From: Eledone cirrhosa
Lineage: Eukaryota
Assembly (NCBI GenBank): GCA_964016885.1
Contig: OZ024743.1
Location: 368,404,001-368,468,000, forward strand
DNA length: 64,000 nucleotides
Direction: 5' to 3'
In this document: positions 13,867 through 28,721 of the stretch, piece after piece
Layout: every line of letters starts with the position of its first letter
Position numbering within the stretch: the first letter of the stretch is position 1
Made by a program: the position numbers and the translations under genes
The notes under the pieces: model-generated
Databases searched by the model: none
The model's input: only the letters and a program-made list of their open reading frames with translations
Told to the model about the DNA's origin: nothing

Positions 13867-14330
13867 GTCAGTAGGCATCTCTAACAAAATACACCCCCGT
13901 CCCACCCCATCCACACCGCCCCCTTCAATGCAAAGTTATGTTGGTGCCACAACATCCAGGCCGAAACAAACGAGATCGTGTAGATGTCACGACAAAAAAA
14001 CACACAGTCCACGCTGTAATGTGACCATGTAGGCAACACGGTAAAAACCTCCCAGTCCCACACTGTAAATGTGGTTGGTGTTAGGAAGGGCATCCAGCTG
14101 TAGAAAACACGCCAGACAGTCCACGCTGTAATGTGGCCGTGTAGGCAACACGGTAAAAACCTCCCAGCCCCACACTGTAAATGTGGTTGGTGTTAGGAAG
14201 GGCATCCAGCTGTAGAAAACCTGCCAGACAGTCCTATGCAAGCAAGACAACCACTCTTGCCTCAAGTTGGAAAACCCCCGTCCAAACCCATGCAAGCGTG
14301 GAACAGGGACGTTAAACGATGATGATGATG
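13867..14330 (+). mobile_element. RTE LINE 3' UTR fragment with an internal ~110 bp tandem duplication
   Basis: cagtccacgctgtaatgtg...ctgtagaaaac occurs twice (about 14006 and 14117); (GAT)n tail. Confidence 0.85.
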
Positions 14331-14705
14331 ATATATATATATATATATGTACCAGTATGATATTTGTGAAAAGTGTCAGGTTTTATAGTAAAAAAATAAT
14401 ACCTTCCTTACACCATTCTATGTAAAGATGCTTGAATCCTCAATTATCCTTGTCTTTCTCCATAATGTCACTCTGGCTTATTCCATATTTTCTCGAACCA
14501 GGCATATATCCACTAAATTATGATGACTTAATTCTATCTATCTTCAGACCTCCATTAAGATTCTGCTTTGTTGTTGTCATTCTTATTCTTGTCTGAATAG
14601 ATTCATTGGTAAATATACATAAATAGATATGTAGGTAGCTAGATAAAAAGATACAGACAGACACACAGATAGACGGATGTTTTTATTCTTGAAAGATAGA
14701 TAACT

Positions 14706-17700
14706 TTCTTTTTATTTGCCACCAGGGCATCAAAGAGTGGGACAAGTACAATGGGGGGAGTTTACATAAAAAGGCGTCCTCACTAAGGAGGAGGCAATAA
14801 CAAAATATAAAAATATAAAATATAAAATATAATTGTTTTTACTTTTGGCACAAGGCCAGCAATTACCCAGTGCATTACTGGTACTTTATTTCATCGACCC
14901 CATGAGGATGAAAGGCAAAGTTAACCTTGGCGGGATTTGAACTCAGAATGGCAAGGGACGTAACTCTATGCGTCAAAGCATGGCATCCGACCCTCTACCG
15001 ATACTGCCAATCCACCGCCCTCTATATAAAATATAAAATATAATAAAAATAAATTGAATAACAAAATCCTCAATAAGGAAGAGGCGCCTGAGGGGGGGGG
15101 GGGGTGCCCCCCCCCCCACCGAAAAAAGTGTGCAACCCTTCTCCTCAGGAGCACAGAGAGAGGGTGATCCCTTGATCTTTCATCTTTCTCACCTACAGTC
15201 TGATGTAGAGTGAAGGGCCATTCTCGCCACTTTCACCCATCTTTCATAGAAACGGCTGGTGTGCAGTACCTTTCTCTCCATCCTGATCCTTCTTCCGAAA
15301 TGATATCGGAAGAAACGGACCAGTTGTTGGCCAGAGAGAAAGGTGTCTGACCTCAGTCCTTTCAGACACATCCACCATACAACCTCTTTCACCATGGCTA
15401 TAACGCACAAAAACACCGCCTCTCCTTCGGTTTTGAAGAGAGGAGGCGGCTTGATCATTACAATAGACTCGGTGGTCAACCGGATCGGTCCCACCTGTGA
15501 CAGCAGTCATTCGACATAGCCCCACAGATCGGCAATGCCCGAGCAGTGTACCAATGCGTGTGCAACGGTTTCCTCGTCGCACACGCATCTGGGACATATC
15601 TTTTTCGAGGGGTCCCTACCCGGGCGCCTGTGTCTGTAGAGCCTTTCTCGAACGGGCAGAGCCCCTCGGTAGCACTGCCAGGCCAAGGACCTCTGAAAAT
15701 TATCCATAGGTTCCGGGCTGAATGTCCTACCGAACAGGTTGGCCAGTTCGTTTTCCTCCATGTCTAGGGCTTCTCCGACGGCATCGTCGCACCTGCTAAC
15801 CACCAGCCCTCTATAGAATGACGAGGTGGATTCTCCACTGACAGCCGGGTTCGCCTGCCAGAGAGCTGTGAGCGCTTGGGCACACTTGGTGTGCCAAGTG
15901 CCCAGTTTTCTCGGTCTTTGCTTGACCCAGGATTGCAGCTCAGTAAGCGAGACGAGTCTGGGAAAGGCTCGCCTCACAAACGGGGCCCACACCGGTTGAC
16001 CAGTGAGGAATACCTGGAGGTGCCGTAGCCTTAATGCGTGTTTACGCATCATCAGCCATGGCATCCCCAGCCCTCCTTTCGAAGGGTGTTGACAGCAGAT
16101 GGATCTCCTCACCATAGGAGCCCGCTTCTTCCAAAGGAATTGGAAGAGTGCTCGTTCCATTTTGGCGAGCGTTTCCCTTGGGCAAGGCATGACGGACACT
16201 ATATAAGTGTTCGCCACCTCCGCCCGACCTTTCAGGGACAGTTTGCACTTGGCCCACTTCTGGATCAGTGCAAACACCTTGTTCGGTACCTCACTCCAGT
16301 TCTTCTCCACCTGGAGGTCTGGTCCGAACCAGACCCTGAGCAACTTCACCGGGCCCTCCGTCCAGCACTCGACGTCGCTATCAGATGGCATCGATCTGCC
16401 CCTCCACGTGCCGAGTTGCAGACCAATTGACTTGTCCCGGTTCAGCTTAGCCCCTGTAAACCTTTCGTACTCCTCCAGTAAGGTGCCGATCGCCCCGATT
16501 TCCGAGGCCGTCGACACCATTACTGTTTCGTCATCGGCATAGGCCGACACCACTTTCCGCAATCCCGGTTCCAATGGGATGCCCTGCAACAACTCCAACT
16601 TCTGCAGCAGTGGCTCTAGAGTCATTACATACAGAAGGGAGGAGAGAGGGCACCCTTGTCGGATGGACCGCGTGATTTTGAACGGCTCCGAGAGGTAGCC
16701 ATTGACCTTGACCCTAGAGCAGATGCGGCTGCTGTGCATGGCAGTGATCCCGCTCCTGAAAACGGGTCCGAAGCCTGCCGCCGCTAGCACCGCATCCAGG
16801 TAACCATGGTTGACCCTATCGAACGCCTTAGATTGATCCAAGTTGATCAGGGCCCCACCAAAGCCGGGTTCATTCCCAACCCTCTCTATGATGTATCGCA
16901 TGAGGTCGAGGATTTGTGGATGGACCTGGATGGGATAGCACATGTCTGCGCATCTCCCACCAGGTTGCCCACGACAAGCGCCAACCTCTTTGCTAACACC
17001 TTGGCCAAAATCTGTAACTCTGTATTTAGCAGAGTTATGGGCCTGAAATTATTTATATCGTCCCCCTTGTTCTTGTCCTTCCTCATTAGCGTGACAACGC
17101 CCTTGGTCACAGCACAGGGAATTCTCCCGTTCTGTTGCCAGTTGCAGTAGACCGACTCGAGGAGATTGGGGAACAAGTCCGGCATAGCTAGATATAGTTC
17201 GTATGGAAGACCATCAAGACCCGGGGATTTGCGTTTGCCGCATTGGCTCAGTACGTCCTCTATCTCAGCGGCTGAAATCGGCTCCTCGCAGGACTTCGCC
17301 TCCCTGTCCGAGAGACGCGGCAGGCCATCGAGGTATGGACCAAAGTCCACTTCCCCAACCGGCTCCCCGCCCCTTCCAAACAATCTGGCAAAGTGCTTTT
17401 GAAAAGCCTCGCACATCTGCTTAGGTTCAAGGATCACCCGTCCATCCTGGTCTCGCAAAGACCGGATAGTGGATCTACTCCCTCTTTTGGCTTCTGTCAC
17501 GCGGGCCCAGCTAACAGCTTTGTTCCCTCGTTTCCCAGAGCACGTATTTTGCTTCGGATGATGCAGCCTTCGTGTTTTGCGTCGAAGAATTGGCCCAGGG
17601 CCGTTCTCGACGCTAGCACTCTGGCCACGTCGCCGCTTCTAATTGCCTCTTCTACACTATCTACCAACTCCCTTTCCTTCCTATTTCTATTTGAGGCTAA

Positions 17701-18322
17701 CTCCTTACTAAATTCTATAGAGACTACTCTAATCTCTCTTTTGAGAGATCCCCACCACCTGCTGTTGACGATGGCACCCGTCAACCGCTCCTTAACTAAA
17801 GTGCTAATCTGGTCCCTGTAAGCCTTACTTGCCAGTAAGGACAAGTTGAGCTTCCAGTAACCGGGTCCCTGTCTCTGCGTTCTGTCAAGGCTGACAATGC
17901 AGGTCACTAACTTGTGGTCTGAATAGCCAACCATGAGCATTTTCTAACTAAGAACCTATCTAGGTACGACCTAGATGATCCGCTATGGTTTGCCCAAGTC
18001 CAGGTTGGCGCAGTCGGAAAATCTAGTCGATATCTATCGGCCAGGAAAAATCGACCGATTAACCCTTTGAGGCTGTTACACCCCTCTCTATCGGGACAGG
18101 CCCCTACGTAGTCCCAACGTGCATCTAGGATACCATGCCAGTCCCCCACTAATAGCAAGGAGCGGGACGTCCCTAGAAAAGTCTCCAGACGATGGAAGAA
18201 GTCCGGCCGCGTTGACCCGAAAGGGCCGAAGATGGCTACCAGCCTAAACGCTCCGCCTTCACCACTGCCAAGGTCCAGAACCACTAGTCGACCCTCCGGG
18301 TCCAAATGTACCGTCTGTGTTG
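14706..18322 (-). mobile_element. Tx1/L1-clade LINE, 5'-truncated and frameshifted (APE, RT, CCHC zinc finger)
   Basis: ORFs 17907-18395, 17497-17940 (SDH, GPGYWKLN), 16886-17500 (KSPGLDGLPYELY, NFRPITLLN), 15507-16943 (LDQSKAFDRV, IRQGCPLS, AYADD, GGLG, CPRC..ETVAHALVHC) and 15189-15494. Markedly GC-richer than its flanks. The left boundary is approximate. Confidence 0.9.
14832..15021 (-). mobile_element. tRNA-derived SINE with Meta-type central domain
   Basis: Minus strand: A-box-like tggcagtatcgg, B-box gagttcaaatccc, central ctttgcctttcatcctcatggggtcgatgaaataaagtaccag. The 18-bp direct repeat tataaaatataaaatata flanks it (14814-14831, 15025-15042). Confidence 0.75.
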
Positions 18323-20459
18323 CGAAACTCAGATGTTTTTGCTGCAGAACGAAAGATAGATAAATATGTAGTAAGATAGCTGTTGGCCACTTCATCTCTC
18401 TCTATTCTTATACACACACACACATTGGTTAATAGGGATCGGTGTTGCCACACCACTGACCAAAGGTTGGATATGTCTGTGTATTAGAGGGTGTTGGGAA
18501 GGAAGATATCACAGCACATTTTCAAATTGTTACTTCCCAAGCAAATCTATCATAAACTGGTTATTACTTGATCTTATGTTTTAATATATAAGATATAACG
18601 TGTGTATGTGTGTATATATATGTGTTTCTAATTGTGTCTGTCATCATATTGACCCTGCTACAAAAACAATGTTGTTTATGTCCCATAGCTTAGCAGTTTG
18701 ATGGGTTAAGATCAGTGCAATAAGTATCATACTTACAAGTCATAATTGGCATTAAGCTGGGTGCCTGACCATAAAATACTGCTTCAAAAAGTCTCATCCT
18801 ACCCTTGCCAATATGGAAAAGCAGGCATAAATATGATGATGATTTGTGTGTGTGTGTGTGTGTAATGTATGAATAAGACTCTGCAAATTGAAGGTTAGTA
18901 ACTGTAAATAAAAACTGATAAACAGTAGAGGAGACTCTTTAGGAAATCTTTCTAGTGAAGGGGATAAGATAACATTGTAGAATATTCACACTTTAAAACA
19001 TACACAATAAATTTGATTAGTTTCCTTAATATAACACAATCAGCAAGTGAGCACCCATCTAATGGCATTATAGAAAAATGGATCAACATTTTCATCATTT
19101 TATATCAGCTTTCCCTGTGGCATGGTTTGTCAGGTTTTCAGACTGGACATATTGGAGAACCTCATTTCACATGTTTCATTTTGGCATGATTTCTCCAGTT
19201 GGGTGGTCTTCCTAGCACCAACCATTTTACAAAATGGACTAGGTGCTTTTTATTGTAGCACTAGCACTACCACCTTACAAGGTTGACTGGTTGTAATTTA
19301 TTTTGGTACCAGCACTAGAAGAGTTATGTTGGTGTTCCTCTTAATCCTACATGGACTCAGTTCAGTTGCTACTATTTTACAGCATGTATTGAGTGCATTT
19401 TATTATGGCACCAGCACAAGGGAATTTACCTTGGGACTCACAAGAATAAAGAATATTTATTACTCGATGTTGTTTCCCTTCAATGATAATCAGAAGGTGG
19501 ATGGTGGTAGGAGAGACATTGAATTGGGTTTAATGGGGAGGGAGGAGGAAAGAAGAAAGGCAGTAATGGGAGAAGGCAGGAGAAGATAATGGTGCAATTG
19601 TTAGCAGCCTAGAATGGGCTTTGGTGAAATGTTTGGGTGTATTTACAATCAAGTGCTCTTATATAGGAAGGGTGTAAACTGATAGGTAAGGGATATGGAC
19701 AGGATTAAAGTGGGTGGCATTGTGAGACACATAGGGGTGGGGGAGATGATCATTAATATGTGAAGATCCTGATGATGATATGAATCAGGAGAGATGCAGC
19801 TTTAGACACGACAAATTGGGTACTGTAGGGGTTTCAACGGGTTGGGTTCAAAATAAGTGATGAAGGACATAAGTATATGTTATTGTTGTTGATTAGCCCT
19901 GTATAACTGTTAGAATAGACCTATGATCAAATTACCATTTCATTTTCTATTATAGTGTGTATCCAGTTTAGAATATGTCCACTGTATCTCTGTGTGTTGT
20001 TAGAAGCTACTAAAAGGGTTGGTGTCAGGAAAGGCATCTGTCTCTAATACATTTCCTCAAAAAGTCCCATCCAACCCATTCCAGCATGGAAAACTTGATA
20101 TGAAAGTAATGATAATGAGTGTATTTAGAACTGCATTATCCTTTGACTTTAAATAGTTGTGTGTAAATTGAGGGAGATTTGGCTGATAGTTGTGCATAGC
20201 CATGTAGAGACTTCTTCTTTGTTTCTTAGGTATGTATTGGGTGGAGGTGGAATAGAGAAACAATCAAATAAAGAGAAATAAACAATTCTAAAGGTGAATT
20301 TATTTCAAAGATATGCCAGGGGTTAAATATTGTGATGACGTACATACTTGATGGTTGTTTTTTTTTTTATTTTCTTTAATATTTTAGTGACTGTCTTTTG
20401 TGGATTAAGCTTAATAGAGGAAATAGTAATAGCTTGAGACATCTTGAGAGATATATATA

Positions 20460-20636
20460 ATTGTTTCTACTTTTGGCACAAGGTCAGCAATTATCCCAGT
20501 ATATCATTGGTGCTTTATTTTATCGACCCATAAGGATGAAAGGCAAAGTTAACCTCGGCAGGATTTGAACTCAGAACGTAAAGGGCCGTAACTCTATGCA
20601 GCAAAGCATGGTGTCTGACACTCTAAAGTACTGCCA
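20460..20636 (-). mobile_element. Second copy of the Meta-type tRNA SINE
   Basis: Aligns by eye to 14832-15021. More decayed relatives lie at about 8455-8520 (+) and 27870-27980 (-). Confidence 0.75.
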
Positions 20637-22185
20637 GGAATCTGTATAATGAGATACAGTAAGAAAGTAGTGTTTCATGTATGGCAAGCAAATCTAGAAA
20701 ATCCAAATTACCTCTTAACATCTATCTGATTTTGCAGATGTTTATAGTATCTTTAATAGTGGACAGACCGTTGTAAAAATTTGCAATATTAGTACAAAAC
20801 CACTTTTTAATGTGATGCAGTCATAGTGCTGTTTTGTGCTTTTTTTTTAAAGAATATCTTAATAGTGTTTCATGCAGTAGAAAACATTATGAGTTAAGGT
20901 AGTGTCCTTGAGAATAGTGTATTATACATGCTTGAAGTAAAATTTTAATTATTTTTTTTAAATTGAAGATTTGTGAAGATGGTTTATTAAACATGAAATC
21001 TAAAAAAAAGAAGCCTCATCATATTTACTAATGTCCCATAATAATACACCATTATGAAATTAATATGGCTTTGATGTTAATCCATTAGTTTTATTTACAA
21101 ACGATATTGTTTAGACTATTGTAACTATGCAACTATAATCTACATGTTTGGTTTTATCTATTAGGATGACATTCCAGGGATTCAGTTTTATACTTTGTTA
21201 TTTACTATAATACCTATACAAGTAATCTCTGCTTAACTGTTTTTAGGAATCTTTTTTTACCCCTAAAATATTTATTTGATTTATGCAAGTAATTCTTAGT
21301 AAGCTATTTTTTTAAAGATTCTTTTTAACTTGTTTTATGTATTGACCTTATATAAAGGTTAGTTTTGTTTTTGAAAATTACTACAGCCCAAAAGAAAAAA
21401 TCCAGCATTTGGGAGGTAAATGTGTGTGTAAATTGAGAAAGTGAGATAGACAAATACTCTTGAAACTAGAACATCCATATATTCTATTTTTCAAACGTTT
21501 TGACTTAGATTTTACTATGAAGATTCAATAAGGAAATATTTGTAATTAATTTTTTTTCTTTCTTTATCTGAATATATTTAGTCTTCTCTCTTTGTGATTA
21601 TTGAACTGATTCTACTTCAACTTTCTGAAAAGAAGATGGTGTGATGTTATAATTAGTTTTATCAGATATTTATATATACTTTTAGATATCTAAAATACTT
21701 TTAGCAATTCTATTTTGGTGGTAAAAATTCCTCAGAATATTTTTGGTAACCAATTTGCTATTATGGAATTCATTATTTGGTCAGCCATATGCTCTTTATA
21801 TCAGTTGCAAGCTATTTTATTAATTACTTTGATTGAGATAGATTTAAATATATTGTTGTGCAAAACCTTTATCAAATCCTACATCTTTACTTGTCTTTTA
21901 GTGGTTTTACTAGTTTTATATTTGATTTCTTATAGTAACACCATATAATTGTAAATTGAGGATGTTATGTTAGGTGAAAAAAGTGGTTAGCACCAGGAAG
22001 GATATTCTGCCATTAAGCATTGCCTCAAAAAGACCCTATGACGTGAATGAAGTTTGTCATTGGGCCTGCAAGGCTAACCTCTGCATTAACAGGAAGATAA
22101 CCTTAAAGCTCTTGTATGTTCATATATATCTATTTCTACTATTGCCAAAGACTACATTGAAACTATGAATTTTTATTTACTAATT

Positions 22186-22521
22186 CATTTTCATTTTATT
22201 TTACGTCCGCTTTTCCCTGCTTGCAAGGGTGGGACGGGAACTGATACTGGCTTGGCTTCAACAGCTGGATGCCCTTCCTAACACCAACCTCATTTACAGT
22301 GAGTGCTGGGTGCTTTTTTGCCGTGGCACCTCCACGTCCACTTTGCAGTGGAATGATAGGGACCCCAGTCCCTATTATCTCATTTCTACAGCTGAGTAAA
22401 CTGGAGCAATGTGAAATAAAGTGTCTTGCTCAAGGAAACAACACATCGCCCGGTCTGAGAATTGAACTCACAACCTTTCGATTGCAAGGCCAATGCTCTA
22501 ACCACTAAGCCATGTGCCTCC
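22186..22521 (-). mobile_element. Full-length tRNA-derived CORE-like SINE with RTE-derived tail
   Basis: Head ggaggcacatggcttagtggttagagc..gtgagttcaattctc, CORE-like tccttgagcaagacactttatttcac, tail cccttgcaagcagggaaaagcggacgtaaaat. Confidence 0.85.
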
Positions 22522-24407
22522 ATAATTGTTCTTTAATAAATGTTGTCATAAAATCATGTGTATGCCTCCCATACACACACACACTCACACACACAATGGA
22601 GCTTATGTAATATTTATCCTGTAGCTGTAAGTGTTGATTTCCATAAAGGTTTGCTTTGGTTCAGTCTACAATCAATAGCTGTTATTGATCAAAGATCATT
22701 CAGAAAGCAACTATTGAATGGTCTGGCTTCAATCCAAAACAAGGTCCAATTAATTTCAACTACAAAAGGGTTATGAATCTATTGAGGCCTCTGGATATGT
22801 CAATAAAAGCTGAGTTAGTCAGATTCAGTTTCAATGTGAATGTGATGTACATGCACCAGACTGCAAGTTCACTGATAGTTTGAAATTTATGTGATTGCGT
22901 GCAGCGCTCAATTTGCCAATAATGTTTAATGGAGCATAGCTAAATACAAATTCACTCAATGCTGTTAGGAATCAACAGTTTCCTATAAATTTCTGACAAA
23001 CCTTCATGAAGAATGTGTTCCCAACCTGATGTAAGAGCCATTATTTCACTCCATCAGTTCCTTGCTACATTTTTAAGTGCTGTTCTAACATCACTGGTCT
23101 ATGTTCATTTTTGTAGATAAATGTAAAAAAGATATATTCATTGATTGTTCAAAACCATGACCTAAAAGCATTTACTTTATTCTAGATTATAGTGATGAGA
23201 TTAAACATATAATTTAGTGAGTATGCTGTGTATAAAACATCAGTTTCCAAATGAAGCGAGAAGTTTTATTGCATAAAGCTTTCCCTTTTGATGTACCAAA
23301 TCTAAAAAGGATTTTTGAATAAATTTATTAATTTCAAAAGATGAGTATATAGATAAAGTTTATACTTCAATCAATGAAATTAAAACTAAAAGGTGTTTTC
23401 TAGAAAAAAAACAAAATTAGAGTGCCTGGTCTAAAAACAATTAAATTTTATGTAAAAAATACTAAATGTATCTAGAATATTGTGTAATTCAAGTTATAAT
23501 TTTTCTTTTGCAATGATCCATTCTGAATTATTGCCTTTTAGCAATGTAGTTAGGAGTTTTTAATGTTACATAGTTGTTTGCAACACAGGCTTTGGTTAAA
23601 ATGTTTTCTAATTTTAGCTTTGATTTAATTTTTCTGTTATCTATATTCTATTTTACTTATTATAACTTATAGTTTTAGAATTTTGATATTAATAAAATCA
23701 CTGACAAAAAATGTAATTTCATATTTTCTGTAAATTATGTTTCACACCAACTTTCTATCTAATATCCCTCTGGTATAAATAAACAACTCTTTTTTTTTTA
23801 TAGTCTATTATCATATCAGTGTTTTGTATGTTATGTTGTAAAACATATGCCACATTGATATCCAGCAGAGTTGAGAAATATAATTAAACACTCAAAACAA
23901 ATGAACTTACTGGAATTGTGTTTCTAATAATAAATCTCAATAAAAGGTAATTCCTAAATCATTCACAAACCATTTTTCTTTCATCAAGCAGCACGACAAA
24001 TGCATTGGGAAAATAATAATGATGCTTACATGGTTTTAGTTTCTTGTATAACTGCAATTTAGTTTATATCAAAAGATGACTCTAAAGTATGTGTTGTTCT
24101 ATGATTTTGCATTTCATCTCTGATTTTGGACAATATATCTATTTCAAGAAATATCCATATTTGATTTATCATCTATTGAATGTTAAATTGTTTTGGTTTT
24201 TTTAAGTTTTCGCCTTTTCATTATTATTCTTAGTTGTTAGTGTTGTTATTTTATATCACATGCTCTTTCTATTATATTTTTCCTAGCTCAACACCAGTTG
24301 TATATGCATTCCAATTGCTATAACAATAATTAAAATAACTTAATGAACCATTACAAAGCCTTCTTAGTACATCCTGGTTTGGGAAATTGGAACTGCTGAG
24401 TAAAGTT

Positions 24408-24620
24408 GTTGTTGTTTAGCCACAGGTTATGTATAGCTAAATAGGCTTATGGCCAAAGGCATTTCACCCATGATAAATTTTTAGAGTGGATACATAACAA
24501 ATCAGGGACTACATTCAGTGTTTTTTCCTTGTTTAATACAGTAGCATGTAATTTGAGGGAGATTTGGCTACCTGTTATTTCTAGAAAGTCAAGCATTCAC
24601 ATAAAAGCTCTCTCAGCTTG
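24408..24620 (+). repeat. Old unclassified interspersed repeat; related pieces at about 19882-20000 and 20140-20215
   Basis: Shared gttgttg..tagcc..cctatgatcaaa and aatttgagggagatttggct motifs. Confidence 0.45.
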
Positions 24621-24759
24621 ACTTAATCTCTCAGCTTTGCTATTGAAGATATATACATATATATGATTTGTTTCAAGGTAGAAGAGGAGCACTCTTAAGG
24701 CGATGTTCCCATGTCATGTGTAATTTTCAATACTACTAAATAGTATTTAAGTTTCATGT

Positions 24760-25462
24760 TCATATGATGATCTTCGAGTTGCACTTGATAGATTTGATGC
24801 TGAGTGCTGCAAAAACTGAGACACTCGTCCTCTCAAGGGAGTTCCACTGAAGCAGGTAGAGAAGTTCAAGTATCTCAGGGCCATGTTCATGAGTGATGGA
24901 AGGCAGGAGGCTGAATTAAGTGCAAGAATTGCTGGTGCAGTAATGTGCCAGCTTCAACATTCAGTAATCAGAAGAAGAGAGGTAGGCGTAAAAGCCAAAC
25001 TCACTAAATCTATTCAGTTTTCATGCCAAACCATACCTCTGGTCATGAATCTTGACCAAAAGAATATGATTGCAAATACAAGCAGCCAAAATGGGATTCC
25101 CCCAAAGGGTCTTTGGAGTAACATTACTTAATAGAGTTTGTAGCTTTGAGATCAGAGAATCACTCCAGGTAGAGCCACTACTTCTCCAAATTTTTGAATT
25201 GAGATATCACAGCTCCAATACTCTGGGCATGTGGTTAGAATGTCTCAGGAAAGAATCACTGGACAGATTTCATGGGCAAAACCAGCCGGCAAGAGACCCA
25301 GGGGTAGATCCCGAGTAAGATGGTTAGATAACATCCATGAGCTTGGCTGGTCACACCTGGGATCCAACCGTATCAGTTGGTTGCTTTTGACAGGATCTGT
25401 TGGGAGGAGTGTTTGAGGACTCTGCCCCAACTACCCTCTCTGGAATAAGTGGATGAAGAAGA
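24760..25462 (+). mobile_element. Old RTE (Expander/Rex3-like) LINE 3' fragment
   Basis: QVEKFKYL..FMSDGRQEAELSARI, VEPLLL, GKRPRGRSRVRWLDNI; ends in (GAA)n. Confidence 0.75.
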
Positions 25463-28400
25463 AGGTTCATATTACAAGATATTTTGGAAGTCTACATTTA
25501 AAAGAATGTGCAGAATTAGTGAGAAGTATTGAGGTTAGACATGAACAAAGTGAAAGAAATGTCATCAATATCAGAGTGACTTGCAGAGTAATGTACATGA
25601 TCCAAAGGCACCACACAGTACATGTAGTGATAATTTGACATTCTCAGAACATACTGGCAGCCCAGTGATATATTCACTGAGGAAAATAGAGAAAAATATA
25701 ATTTTTTCGTTTTGTTTCATTACGAAAAATGTTTTTTTTCTTCAGCAGTGAGACTATCCATATGTTTACTGTATGTGAACATTGTATGCATTTATACATG
25801 TTTTCTACATCCCTATGTAGTAATAAGGTTCAAAATGAGGAACCAGTGGTCATTGATGCAGCAATTTCACCTCACATATCACAAAATTTGTTAAATTTTA
25901 CAAAGTGAAACAAAACTAAAAAAAAATTATAGACATCAAGAAGATGAAAAAGTAAAAAAAAAAAAAAAAGGCCAAATCTTCGGAGATGACTTTTGGCTTT
26001 ACCTGCAACTGATGAAGATTCTTTTTCTAGAGAACTATTTCAGTAGAGATGAAAGAAACTTTGAAAGAATATGATTTCTAGGCACGTCAGTATGATATAA
26101 GTAACAGTTTGATGGTATGTTTTTTTGAAGGATAAATTTTGATCAGAGAGAGAAAGAGAAGGCAGTTATGGGGGATCATAATGGAATATAGACATAGAGC
26201 ACAAAAATTGTAGTTTCAGTTGATTTCTGCAAAGAGTTCACAATGATATTTATTGTTAATACAGAAAACTATCTTCAACTTGATGTCAACTTTATGCTAG
26301 TCATGTGTCATATATCTCATTAGGTCTGTCAGAAATTTTAGAGCGTTCTTTGTTATTCCACTTCACTAAATTTGCTAGACCTCTAACCAAACATAGCATG
26401 AGAAAAATAAAGAAAAGCAAACATAGTCAATGGTAAGAAAGTATAACAGTATTAGTGTGTGTATACATTTCTAGTGAAAGGAGGTTATCTGCGAGTTGAT
26501 TGACCAGGTTAAGCTGACATTTGTCTTGGATTTAAATAGATCACTTAAAACCTGTGCAGTTCTTTCTTTCTATGCTTCAAGTACCAAAGAATAAAAGGTT
26601 TTATTGTCCCTACTGACAGTTTTCTTCCAGTGACTAACTTGTTAAAATACTGGATTCTTTCCACTTGCTTGATCATCACTTACCATTACCATAATTCAAC
26701 AATACAGTGTATTCAATGAGATGAAAAACAAGAGACATGCATGCCTGGTTACCTCTCCTTTTGCATGCTATCTGCATTCATATTCTTTACTATGTTTTTC
26801 ACTGCAAATTGTTTTCAGATGCAGTCAACTAAAAATCACTTTTAAACATAAGTATAAATACGAAAGAAAAAAAAAGATTGGTTTATCTTTTTCTGCTGCT
26901 GTTATTGTTGTACAATTGATCATAAAACACCCATATATAGAATTGAACAGTTTGAAATCAATATTGTTAAAGTTAGGGATTTTATTTCTAAAAGGAAAAA
27001 AGAAAAAGAATCAACCTTTGTTGAAATAAAATCACTGATAAATGACTATTTTATTTAATAGTAACAAGGAGAAAAGTATGGCATTCAATTGCTTAGTCCA
27101 TATGAATTAATATAGCTATTGAATGTTCTCTCTTTCTCTCTAACCCACTCACTGATAGAGAGAATGGTTCATACTTAAGCATAGCAACATGTTTCTGTTC
27201 TGTGTATGTGTGTGTGTGCAAACATATATTTACAGATTCATTGAGGCAAAAAGACTCAGCATATAGATATCATGTTTAACTGTGCTGCTAGAATCTTCAC
27301 AGCTACTTTCATGAGATTGCAATATCAGATAGAATATATAAATTTATGTTAGGCATAGTGATTCATTACAGTATATATTTCATTACCTGAATTCTCTACA
27401 TCAGAATGTCCTATCCAATATCAATAAAGTAGATACCAGTAATCTATTAAATCTAGTCATTTGGTTTTAATCTTAGAGTTTCTTGAATTTCCTTTTAACT
27501 ACTACAGCTTTCTTTTGAAACTGGTCAACTTTGCTTGTTCTAACAAAACAAGCAAAGATGACCCCTGCATGTTTTCATGTGAGATTGAGATTTCATAAAC
27601 AATCTCTACCTGATTCTAGACTGAGAATAATGTCACTGATAGCTTACATCTAGTGGAAGAATTCTACTGAAACTTAGTTCAACTTAGATGTAATTCACAA
27701 ATAGGAAATTATTATTGTCACACAAAAAGCTAAGGAAGAAATAACCAGACATAGTTGTTGTTGCTGTTCACACCTGCGCAAATTTAGCTGGCTTCCCATT
27801 AAGCTGCAATTCATTAAAGGCCACTTTAGTGTTTTGATAATAGAGGGCCCCAGTTCTGTCACTTCACTATTTTTACGGTGACAAGAGATGGGATTTGAAC
27901 TTAATGCCCAAAGCCAGAACAAATACCACAAAGCATCCTTTCTAATGCTTTTACAATTCTGCTAATCCACTACCCTTGATTTTTATTCAGTTTATCAATC
28001 CCAAAACAATGATATGCAAAGTTGAACTCAGTGCAGAGATCTGGAATAAATACTGCAAGGCATTTTATCTGAAACTATCAACTGTGCCAGTTCACCACCT
28101 TATTAATCCATTGTATCATCATTATCATCATCGTTGCAGTTATAGTCAAATATAACAAAAATATTTAGAAAGCAAATATTAAGCCAGAAAGTAAAGTGTG
28201 TTTTAAATTTGCGACTTATGATTCTGTCTTTGATCATTTCGGAAATACCAGAGGAGTGATAAATGTATGTATTTCTTTTAGATATTCTTAGAAGGTGAAT
28301 TCATGCCCATAATCTGTCAAATTTCTCTTAGTAAGTAAGATGTCATTGAGAGGGAATGATAGAGTATGAAATTATAAAAATATACTTGGTTTGATCTACT

Positions 28401-28721
28401 TAAGCTCCCTGTTCTCTTTCATCTGAGCAAGAGCTGATGGGCTATAAGAAATAGTTCTGAGTAATCTATTCAATAGTTTGGGCTGAGCAGTCAGGAAAAT
28501 GGTAAGAATGGCAAGTTGCTCAGGAGAGAAATAAAAAGTTGGTTTATTTTTTATTATCAAAGAATGTTTTCTATGTAGAGGAAGAAAATTATGGCTGTAT
28601 AAATCTAACCTAATTGGGAACCAGTTCAATACCAGACATTGACTGTTTACTTCATCCTAATATTTAGGTTTTATCAATGGTGTAAAGTTAGGACAGAAGA
28701 AATATGATTTTTAGTCAAGTT

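Noticed and set aside
389-17821. Plus-strand ORFs overlapping the LINEs
   Set aside because: They are antisense shadows of the minus-strand RT ORFs.
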